A stretch of 48,778 nt of DNA, filler included, from Catajapyx aquilonaris (taxonomy: Eukaryota): the NCBI GenBank assembly GCA_000934665.2. It is 2 parts of 2 records of this genome, joined end to end, with 100 filler letters (N's around TTAATTAATTAA, not from the genome) between each part and the next. Parts side by side here need not be neighbours in the genome. Positions count along the whole stretch, not along the records: positions 1 to 24,298 come from JYFJ02005539.1; 1 more part is not named here. One strand, given 5' to 3'. Shown in pieces: positions 11,684 through 23,600 of the stretch. The notes beneath the pieces are model-generated. The model was not told the origin of the DNA. It saw only the letters and a program-made list of their open reading frames with translations, and made no database searches. A program made the translations under genes and the position numbers. Numbering within the stretch: position 1 is the first letter of the stretch; every line of letters starts with the position of its first letter.

Positions 11684-14600
11684 CCTTATTGATGATTTCA
11701 GAACGAGGTGAGGAACACGCCGCATCGCAAAGCGTCCGGATTCCTTCTCGTAGATTATTTGTTGGATGAAAAAGGTGCCAAAATACCAAGATCCTGGACT
11801 GGTATGGCTTGTTGGTTGTATGTAGTACTCCATTACAACTTTCCATCTAGGATGATAAATAAGTCAGACAGCAGCCTCCACTCAGCCTAATGAGCCACGT
11901 AGCTACCATACCGCGCATTATTGACACAAGTTTCCATATCCAAATGCAAGCAAACAGCCGCGGAGGAAATTACCCCTGAAACTCTGGTCTGTAGCTTAAT
12001 TTTTACAGGCGCAACCGAGTACGCACCCACACTCGCGCAGCTTCATTGTTTGCGACGTTGCCAACTGGGAAATGTTGCAATAAGTTTCCCCAAGCGTAGC
12101 GTTGGAAATAAGTGTAGAGCAGTACACCCACTATACACTGTCATTGATAATGCCAACAGTGGATGCTGCGCGAACTGTGATGCGTACTCGGTATCTATAG
12201 TATGCAAATGGGATCTACCAATTTTTGGGCTGATGGTGCGACTTTTTTCCCCGGCTTTTTGGAAATGACCCTAGTGAATCCTGTGAACTTAGTCTTTAAA
12301 CTTGGTTGGAAGAAAGTTGGCAGCAAGGATAATGAAGGAGGAAGGGTTATAAAGGGTGCCTTTTATGTAAGTCGGTCCAAGAGTAATAAGGGATTTGCTT
12401 CAACCCCATCGCCAAGACTTTTCCTCTGCGCTTAATAGGTCCGGTAGCGATGTGTCTTAACAGTAACGGGTAAGGACTTAAAAGTTTTCTCTTACGAGGC
12501 AATAAAGTCTTGAACAGTTTGGAAGCCGCTTCCTCCCTTAAAACGAATGTACAAATTATCTACAGTCTGAGCTTTAAGCAAAGATCAAACCAAATAATTT
12601 GTCCGCCACTCTAGACGATTTTAAAAAAACTTATTTCCAACACTACGCTTGGAGGGGGGGACAAAATGTCCGACGTTTGCGACATTGCCGAGTCTCTGTC
12701 AGAGAGTGCGAATTATTTTTTGGTTCCTGCTGGGGAGTATAACTCTGGTAATGTTGTCGGCACAATAGAGATGCGCGAGTGTGGATGCGCTCTCGGTTGC
12801 GCTTGTAATTTTTGTAGACCTTTTCTCATTTAAAAATGTATGTGGACAGGTATCAGGACATAAACCGCAAGAGATAGCGACAAACTGTTTTCGAATTTGT
12901 ATTACGCGTAACCAAAATATGTTTCATGGTCAACTTCCGGTGACCAGTCACTTCCGGGTCTTCCAGGTTCACTCTATCCTCTAAGGTCATCAAGTCTACA
13001 TGATTTACAAATTATTTATTCTTAACGTTACTTGGCATCGGGAAATGAGATTGACAACATTATAATATGTCATTGTTGTCCGATTTTTGAGAAAAAGTCT
13101 ACTCGACTCACGCTCACGTGATTTTCCAGTCTTGTTACTATAGTAAGTTTTTTTTAAAAAGTGTGTGTGTGTGTGTAAATGGCCAGATCTTCATCCAAAA
13201 AGCAAGCAATAGCCTTACACACACGACCGCATCCAGCCCTCCAGCGGTGTTTCCTGACTCTCAGCCAACAAACCCTGATTAACTCATATTTCCCAGCGAT
13301 TACCGTCTCCTGGCATTAATTCAGACCATGCTTCTAATTCTCCCCGGGAGGAAAATATATATATAATCGTCCTCTCTCCCTTGTGCGCGATATTTGGTGG
13401 GGGTCCGTTTGCCTGAATATTATTTCCATTTCTGGCACGAACTGCGAACTTTTCCATGGCAAATGGCCCACCTGGAAACACGCAAAAAAAATGCTGACGT
13501 TGCAGGTAATGAAAAAAATTCAGGTGCGTTACAATCGCCAATAACAGCTGCTAAAATAACTGCTACTTTAGCTCAAGGTCCTGTACCTTTGCCATAAGTA
13601 AAAGAATTTCCTACTCATATCCGGAGCCTCGTTGCAAACGTGGGTAATGCGATATCAATCATCCTCCTGGCGAAAAATTTGCCAGGTTATTTGCGCGTCA
13701 CTTATTGCGAATATCCTGAGCTTGACACTGAGCCAAAGGCGGGCCTTTCAAAAAAAATAAAAAAAGGAAAGTAAAAAAAGAGGCTATGCCTCATTTGTCA
13801 CAACTTTGCCCCGCGGGTGAGCAACGCTAATGAGGTGTTATTTTCAGGGTTACTTCATACCGGAACTATATCTCTAACAAGTGAAGGAAAACTTGGAATT
13901 TGTGCTACTAATGATTACTCTGAGTTAGCTGAATTTTTTTTCTTTTTAGTGAAGGTGGCCTTAGGGAAGATTTTATAGGCTGCAGCAGGTGCGGTCTATG
14001 TTGAGCTGACTAAAGCCAATATTAATCAAGTGTGTTTATAATGAATTATGTTTTCATAATCTGCAATCGAGTTCCGCGTGCTAAATTATGATATGATGTG
14101 AATTAACAAGTATGCCCGCAAGATGAACCAGCCATAAGACTCTAAAATTAATTTAAACAAAAATTGCGGCTATATTTCACTAATAAGTAGTGCTGCTAAA
14201 ATGATCCGAATTTTATGGCTAAAAATAATTTCGTTCTATAATATCTAATGAAGTGGAAATCCGATAGGAAATGTGCACCTCTTTTTCCATCTCCATGAAT
14301 ATTTCTGCTTATTTCTTTCAACCTTCCTTCATGCTTCATCTCCATGAACAGGTGCGCTACTATCAATATCATCCTGCACTGCGTAACATAGGCTTCTTTT
14401 CAGGTGAAGAGAGTTTACTTTGAAAGAAGCCGTACAATGCCCCCTCAATAATTCTTCATTTTCAAGATACGCAAAAATCCGTTCAAAAGCATGGCCATTT
14501 CCAACCACCCCTCCTAAAAAGAAGGAAAGATGGACGTTGAATCTGGCAATGGCTCCAACTGAATGCCAAAAGGCTTTTTTCGATCACAAACGACCCTTTA

Positions 14601-17600
14601 ATCAGATCATTCACCTCACAGCCTGAACACAATCGCTGCATTTTCATTTCGGTTCTCCATTTAAACCAGCCTCCATTGATTATTTTTTTTCAAAATTTTT
14701 CGCGGCACTAACTCCCCCCCCCCCCCCCNCCCCCCCCCTCTCAAAAAAAATCGCACACTTGACGACTGATACAAAAAAAAACTGTTGAAGTAACATGCAG
14801 GTTCTAATGATAATTTGATTCTTATTGAGACGTTAGGGTTGGTACCAAAAATGGCCGCATTTTCTCATAAAAACAATTCTAATCTATCCTTAATTAATCC
14901 CCAGCAGAATCGTAAGTCGGCATTATCCTCGTTTTCTAAAGGCTTTTGCAAGATGACGGAACTGTTTTTTCTCCCCCCCTCAAATCTCTCTCTCTTTTTT
15001 TTAAGGGAGCTTCCCAAGTTTTTATCGGTCTCAATTCGGTGGGAAGGGAGACGTCGTGAGAAGGGAGAATAAATGGCGGCCGAGCTCTCAGATAACCCAA
15101 TATTCCCAGCTGAAAAGACATGACACTTTCCCCCAGGAGGATGATTCTCTATGAGGAAAAGAGAGTCAGCTGGAGAGACTGAGATTGAAAATTTTCTATT
15201 CGCTCGAATAATCCTCTCGGATTACTTGCACTAGTTGCTATTGGAATTTTTCTATAACTACAGGTGAGCATTTGTCTGCAAAAAAATAGCACCATCCTTT
15301 CTATATAGACACCTTTGCGATATCAATTTCTTGGGGGGACCTGACAGCAATTCGGAGTGACACTTCTAATAAAAAGTAGACGTGTACAAGTCAGTGTAAG
15401 CTGTCAGCCGCATGATATGATTGCCTTCGGGTCGCTCAGAGCTCGTCAAAAATATATATTAATAGAGTCCTGTTACAGTTATCGTTCATCAGAGGGTCAG
15501 CCTGAATAATTCGACTCATTGTTTTCTGCAATGACCCCGAGGGCACAAATAATTAGGCGGCTCATTAAACGATGACGATAACATTGTGAGCCTGTAATGC
15601 GTTGATGCGACTTCAATAAGACCAGGATCAATTGATAGCTATTAAGTACAAATTGTATGTACAAAATTCAGGTAAACCTCATAGAAAAAAAATGAGACAA
15701 CTGGTCAGTTGAACCCACCAGTCCCTGCTAATAATGGCTGGAGCCCTCTACCCTCATTGTTCTGCTTCCAAAACCTGACAACATTAATTAGAAGCATCGC
15801 GGTCTGAAACTGAATTAAAACCCTGCGGGCTGTTCTGCACCCACGTCTCGATTAAAACGCCCCGGATGGTATAAAACCGGACCAGAAAATCACCTGTGCG
15901 GTTAGGTCTACAGGGAGGTGCAATCATCAAGTACAGGTCTTATTAGGGCTGTTCACTCCAGAAACTTCAACCCTTTTCCAGCCGCGATTTTGTAGCCAAA
16001 ATGGCTACACTTTTCAAACTGTTCCACTACCCTACTACATTTTTTAAAACTAACCCAACCTATAGCATAGCTTAATATAATCTAACCCTGATAATAATAG
16101 CAGGACAGTATACGACATAACCTAACCGAAGATGACGTTCCCTAGCATGACATTACATAACCGTACATATGTATTTAACTGGACAAAAACATGACCCATG
16201 GTCAGTGCATCACCCTGTAGTATATGATTCACAGATCTCCGTGGCATAAACCCGGTTTGGGACGTTTGACATATAACCTTTTGTTCAATTTTATCCGGTC
16301 GCCCCCACCATGTCCTAATAATGAAACCGCGGTTAATTGACGTGTGAGGAGAGGGGGTGTAGGCAAGGGTAAATCGATACACATTGCGAAAGGGGGGGGG
16401 GGGATAAAACCAATCATTATGAAAATTTGGGTGCCATGGAATCCGTCTCTGGCTGATGGGTTCAGATAACCCAGGGTTTCTTGACCTGTTTCGTTGCTGA
16501 TTTTGGCAAGGATGCCAAATCTTTACGGGAGGTGTTGAAGGGAAATAACCCGGTCGAATTGCGTAATGGTCATGACGTGCGGAGTATGACTGAATGACTT
16601 TGAATCATCGACCTATATCTGTACCACCGCAGGTCGTTACCTCGGTTTTTACATGCGGACAGTTCAATTTTGCGAATTTTTATGAACAGAATTACAACTA
16701 CATTCTAGGCAACAATTGCCAAACAATTAAAGCGATTGAAAGGAAATAAACTCCAATTTGCTCCGTTACATCTCTCTGATAAAATTTATCTGCAATGCCA
16801 TTTCATTCATTAATTTTATGTATATTAATTAACTAATTCATTATTTATTTATAATTTTTAGTATTAGAATGAACCTGGGCTATGGTTTGCTTTACTCGGC
16901 TTTACTCATGTACAAAAACCGACAGTACAACAGTAGCTTAATATCACATGGTTAGTCTATTGAACTGTCAGCTATTGGCAAAGTTAGCAAATGTTTCAGA
17001 AGCAGAATGGCAGTTAATAATATAACAATAGTAATTCTTTCGCGTGAGCTACAGTGCGTAATAACACATTAACACGAGAACCCTGGTTGCATTGTGTGTA
17101 CATCGAAACAATATAAATTTACCGTACGAAATAAATGAAGTTTAGCAATTTAAATACCGGGTAACGCCCCCCCTAGTTTCGATTCCAGCAAGCAACAATA
17201 GCTCCAAAACCAACACAATAGGGTCGGTAATGCACCATTTTGCAGTGCAATAGTCCGCAACCATTGTTCCGTCCCGATGGCTGTTAAAATCGGATTAATT
17301 ACACAAAAGTTCAATTTCAAGCAACAGAATACCATTGCCAGATCAAACATTGCATGAGCTCTCCCATGTTCTGATGGCGAAACATAATTTTCAGCCAGGG
17401 TTTATCCAACCGGATCCTGCAGCAGTCAACAATGTTTAACAACTAATATTTTTACCTCCTAAAGGTTTTCTCGGATAGCTACCGTGGACGTAGTACCATA
17501 TGCCTCACGTAGATGACTTACCGCGGACAAACAGAGGCGACATGGCGATTTGAAATAATTTGAATAAAAGCGGCTGCATATGCAACAGAAAAAAATAACT

Positions 17601-20600
17601 AATGAAAAAGCTAGCTCTATTTATGCGGGCAGCAAGCAAAACTACTAGTTAGTTATTGCTCGTCTTACAGTGTGACCCGGCAATCCCACGGGTAGGCCCA
17701 CCTCTGCCTGGACGTTTGGAGAAGGCAGATTCATGTAAGGTGCGCCTCCTCCAGCTCGACTTCCGTCTCGACTTCGGACCAGTCCTGTAGTCACAAGAAG
17801 AAAAAAATATAGATTAGTCAAATAGATCTATGCACTTATTTGCAAAAAAAATTTATAAAAAAATTGGCGCAACTTGGATGGCTTTCCCAAAATAGTTTTG
17901 GTACACTCAACCTAATATTAGTAGCCAATACTTTTGATAGCCACTGTGTACGAAAAAATTGCAGCATGTCTGATCACGCTGAATGTGATTACATAGCCTA
18001 ACAGCTCAGCAAAAAATTTGATGCACAAATGCGGCCACATGTGTACTAAATTCAGTACATTTTTTTCACACTCTTTCATTACCTGACGTACAGTGCATAA
18101 AATAGTGAGGCTAATTTGATTGGACATAGTCATCGAAACTACTGCGCACGATTTTTTTCCCCCCACCAAGGTTTTTAAAGTACTCACTTATTAAAACCTC
18201 GGCAGTAGCCTGTAAATTGAGTTGGTTTGAAGGTCGATTCGAATGTGAGTTACTATCAGTTGTTGGGTTTTTTGGAGGTCAAAAATATTTACTCTCGATG
18301 ACGGTAATTTTTCGTCCAATCGTCTCGAATTGAAATCGATGGCTTGGAGCCAGAAGTTGCGACAATAAATAGTGACGTAATTTTTTGAGGGGGTCTAATA
18401 TTAAACCCAGCCTGTTGGCGTAATTAATTGAAAATAATTAATGAAAACGCATGTTATTGATTGCAGGTGTGTTTTTTTTGCTTGGGACCAGTTAGTGTAG
18501 CTTAAATCCCATAACAATTTCGTGTAACTTAAGTACAATAATTCTACAAAATGTTCAAAACCACTTATAGCAAGTTGGCAGTAATGTTTAAAATTTTTCA
18601 GGTAGAGCTAATTATTAGCAGAATATTAGCAATAAACTAATCAACATTTACCTATTTTTTGGCCAGAATTGTTCACGTGGATGTCCAACATAAAAAAGCA
18701 CAATTTGCAAGAAAAAAAATCGCACAATTTTCCGCATCAACTTTTGCACATCAGGCAACGTGTAGAAATGGCCACCTTTTTTTCTCATTCTAGATTCAGT
18801 CCGCAGATGTGGCCAATCTCTGATCAGTAATGTATGCTACATTATTCTCATGCAAATGTATAGATTCGCACGTACTACGTCAGAATTTGTAGTTTTAAAA
18901 AAAATGTCAGACTCGGGTCAAGGTTCAGATCCACAGGGTCACATCTCGTCCATCCTATTTTTACGCACATTGTGCAGTACACACACGTAATTTGGCTAAT
19001 GGGGATGTTTTAATTACGCGGAGGTGCGGAGGTGAAACAGTCGCCATTTTTACAACTCCGAATGCAACCACTACTTTCACTGATTGCCAATTATTACTTG
19101 AAGTACGAAGCTTCCTCCGAATTTAATGCAGCGCTGTCGAATTAGCAAAGTGGGGGGGGGGGGGAAATTTTTACCAAAATTTTGCAACGGTTTACCGCCC
19201 ATACTAATATCGCGAGAAACGTTGAAATCATGGCAACAAAATTTGCACGATGCTTTTTGTGTTCAAATCTCATCTGATTCAGCAAACATTTTGTGCGAAT
19301 TTTGCACTGGACTAAACTGGGCAAAACCGACATATGCAGGGAATGGGCATCAGAAGAAGAGTATCATCTGGAGAGTAAGATGGTCTTGGGTGTGTTTTTC
19401 TGGTTCCTTGCGCTTCACCTCCCATCCTTGAGATTTACGTCTTTTTGAGTCCGGTCGACAGCATGTAACCACTGGGGATCTAATTCGCGTGGCATCGACA
19501 AGGAGGGGTGGAGGGGGCCCAAGGAAAGAGAGCATGCTTCACAGCTAGTGAGCAAGAAAGGATAGAGTATGAGGTAAGTCATCTCTCGTGCCTGACTGGG
19601 AAGAGGAACGTTGCCCACATACTTTTTTGTGGGGGGGTGAGGATGGGGAAGAAGAAGAAGAAGAAGAAATGGATGTTGAAGGAAAATGGTTTGCGACCGT
19701 TTAAAACGGGGGATGGAAAATAATAGTTTGGTCAGAACTTCGATGTGAGAAACTGTCACGCATCCTTTCCTGGGATATAACATAATATGCGCAGTACGTA
19801 TAGAAAATGTTACAAGGAAATGTGGTTGAAAAGCCTAACTTGTTGGATTATTCAGCCAAACATTTGTTTTTTCCCCCACAAACAATGAGTACTTGAAAAT
19901 GATGTCTTATGGCATGGGTGACTTTTGTTTGATCGTAGTTCAAGTGCAAGTCTGGTTTATGGACTTAATGATGCGGAAATAGGACTTATTCTTAACTTGT
20001 TATGACTTGTTGCCGGATCTTCTGCCGGATAAGATGTATTTTTATCTCAACTTAATAATTCACAACACAAGTGCCATTCACACGCTACAAAAGCTTCCTG
20101 ATTGTTGCCTATTCGATTGTATTTCCCATTCGCATTAACTCAGCATGGCTTATTATTTTTTACTATTAACTGTTGTAATAATGCTTAACTATTAAAATCA
20201 AGTGGAATTATTGCATAACGAAATGAACAACATGCTAATAAATAACGTCATAAATTAAGCACTGTAATATTCATAATTTAATAAACAGATCATTGGATTA
20301 ATAAACAAAAAGAAAATAAAGCACTGCATTATTTATAACACTGCAAATAATAAAAATATATGAATTAATAACCAAATAATGATATTAATAAAACCAAAGT
20401 CCATTTTTCATAAAAGGAGTAGAACTAAGTCGAGTACTAAAAATATTTAAAAATGTCCATAAATTGGCATATACATCTCCGATTCTATTAATAAATATCG
20501 TATAATAGAGTAGCTATTTTTTATTATTTATTGCACCCCGTTGGCCGTGAAGCCTTTAGGCGTTTAGGGAGAATAAAGTAGCTAATGTGCCATATATATA

Positions 20601-23600
20601 AACCTATAACTTTATAAACTTCTACAATATATTGTATAGGCCTATTACTGTAACAAAAAGAACAAGCGTAAAAAAACACATGACCGGAACACGATCCGCA
20701 CACGAAACATTTGCACTCTGTGTGAATGACCTTGCACCCTATAAGAAACGACACCAACAACACAATCCTGACGCAATATTTTTTTTAATGCACATACTCT
20801 GTTACGAAGACCGTTGCCAACATGGCCGACACACATGGAAGGTCACGGCACTTCACCTTGGAAGATTTAAATCCTCCTCTTTTTTTTGCCTACTCCGAAC
20901 CCAGCACTTGGTCAATACCCCTTTACGCAACACGATAGAAATAAACCCTCCAGTTGAGAAGTGGTTCCTCCTATACACGTGCCATGCACAATCACCTGCA
21001 ATCCTTGCAAAAAGACGGGTGTCCATGGCTCCACATACGTCCAGCATACCACTTCACAGAGCCACTTGCCCCGCACTCCAGAGCACACCGAATGCAACGA
21101 GCCATATACAGAGAGCTTCCAACGTAAAACAAACCGACCCAAGCATGTAAGGCGTCTGCTGTAATCCCTGTAATGACGTATATCTCTGGTGGGGGGATTC
21201 ACCAGGCGCCCTCTTGATTGAAGGTTGTATGGGAGAAGCCGCGAACGTCAGTCACGGATGGCCATTGTTTTATCTGATACACATTGCAACACATGTGGAG
21301 AAGCACCCTGTACATTTGAAGCTATTTAAAAATAAAAAAACCACTCAACTTAACGATTCTTGTACTCTACAGTTTTGCTTATATCCATCAGGAACATGTG
21401 GTGATCAGTCTTTCAGAGTGTTTAATATGACAGGTGGCTATCTGGCCACTTTCCATCTGGCAGCAACGATAGACACTGTCATAATAGTCTGTGTGTTTGT
21501 GTGTTGTTTTTTTTTCTTAATAAAAGTGCAAGCAACTCGTTCCAGCCATTAGCGATATACACTCTAGGGGGATCATCTCTGAGACCATCAGTTACATGGA
21601 AGAGGACACTGAGCATGACCGGAACAATTGCGGTTTCCAGGTACGTGCACTCGGCTTTTTCGTCAGTCTCTGTCGCACTTCCTGGAGCAGCCATTTTTAA
21701 CCCGGAAAGGTGGCCATTTTTTAACCTAAAATGGATCGTACCCATCTTATCTGAATGTGGCCATTTTTTAAAAAAACTCAGAGCACTCAGAGCACAGGCA
21801 ACATAACCCAATAATTTTAGTCTAATATCACGCTAACTATAGTACATGAAAATATAAATTTTGTGACTGTAAAGTTTGATGTAGACCTACATGAAAATTA
21901 ACTTTGTGACTCTAAAGTTTGGAGTTTCTTGGACCAAAATGTTAATCAGGGTTAACTGAAGATCGGCCATTTTTAACGGAAGGTCGTCCATATTTAAACA
22001 TGCCAGTGCTGACACTTTAAATTTTTTTTCCAAGTCGTTGGAGACAGCGCTGATTCCGGCACAATCTTCCCAGGAATGAACCTTCCACCTCAAAAAAAAA
22101 AGAGGAAGGAATGGTTTTAAAAAAAGGTTCCCTAAATTCTCCTGGGAGAGTGTCGTTCTTTCAGGAGGGGTGACGTCAGTTGGAAATAAAGGCCTATTCA
22201 GGAGAACCCCCCACCACATTTAAGTGATCAAGAGGAGTGGCCGAGAACAAAGGTTGGCTAGGGGCAGTTAGTCACTTGCTGGGTGGCAGAAGACCGAGGA
22301 TAATTGAAATCTGAGGTTTCTTTTTTCTCTCTCTCTCTCTCTTTCTGGTATTGTTGCCTCGTGGTATACTGTCTCTTGGGAGAAGGAAACTGTGGTGTTG
22401 CACCAGAGACGAGGAAAAAGATTTGGAACCGGATAATTATTGAAAGCGCAAAACATTGCACTGCTATTTATTACTTATTAATTCACTGCTAAAAATTGAT
22501 TCAAAATTAATTAACTACTTAGTTAATCATTTAATTCATTATAAATCTTATTCAAAATTGATTATTTAAAATTTTCATATAGACATTTATTCACAATCAA
22601 TTGAAATGATCATTCAAAATTTATTCAAAATTTATTTAAAATTCATTCAAAATTTATTTAAAATTTATTGAAATGTTTACTCAAAATTAACTGAAATGTA
22701 TATTCAAAATCTATGCAAAATTAATTGAAATGTTCATTCAAAATTTATTTATTTAAAATACTCATTAATTCAAAATGTATTTATTTACTTATTTATTTAA
22801 ATTCACTTATTTAACATTTTAGCAGCAATTAATTAAATTGAATTATTTATTAAGCTCATTTGTTTATTTTGTTTATTCATTTAATTGAAATATGTTTACT
22901 TACTCATGATCGAGGTGCATGGATTTCCGAAAAATTTTACAACATTTTTGCCAATCAATTTACGTTTTAAGTTATTAAAATATCGCCTATTTGTTTTAAT
23001 TTAAAGATTATAACGGCTGTTAATAATTATTTTGACTGTTATAAGTCAGTCAAAAAATTAATTTATTGCTGTATTTTTTAGCTCAGTAGTGTTTATCTGG
23101 TTCTTGCACCTCAAATCTAGTTAGTTACTTTAAGACGCAAAATCTCCTCAACATTTGCTCTGATAATAATTCTTGGCCTCCAAAAAGTGCACGAAAGGCA
23201 CGTTTTCCATCAGAATTTAGTGGGCAGTAAGAACTCCCCTGGAATTCTAGCAAACGATGCATAATCAACCGTGAAGTCGACTTATCAGGTACCTAATCAC
23301 CTGGGTTACAACCTACTGGCAAATTCTACTCCGCCTCTCTCTATAGGCCTATGTATAGAATTGCTCAATTTTCTGTTGAGATATTTTTACTGCCGTTTCT
23401 TGCAACAAAGGATTTAAGCACCTTGTGCATTGTAAAAAGAAATCATATATATGCTTAAACTTGGCAAACTTGTCCGCGTAGTACCATACCCTTCGCATAA
23501 ATGGCGCATCTTGCACACTCTTGCCACTAGCGAGGGTTAGTGGTACTACATGCAATGAGGATCCCGGACAAACAACAGACGGACAGATTAGTCGATTAGT

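Noticed and set aside
11036..11833. 265-aa minus-strand ORF with RERERE tract
   Set aside because: Kept open partly by the (GA)n microsatellite; overlaps the real exon in a different frame; no recognisable domain
20632..21150. 172-aa plus-strand ORF
   Set aside because: TTG start, no recognisable homology, AC-rich intronic composition
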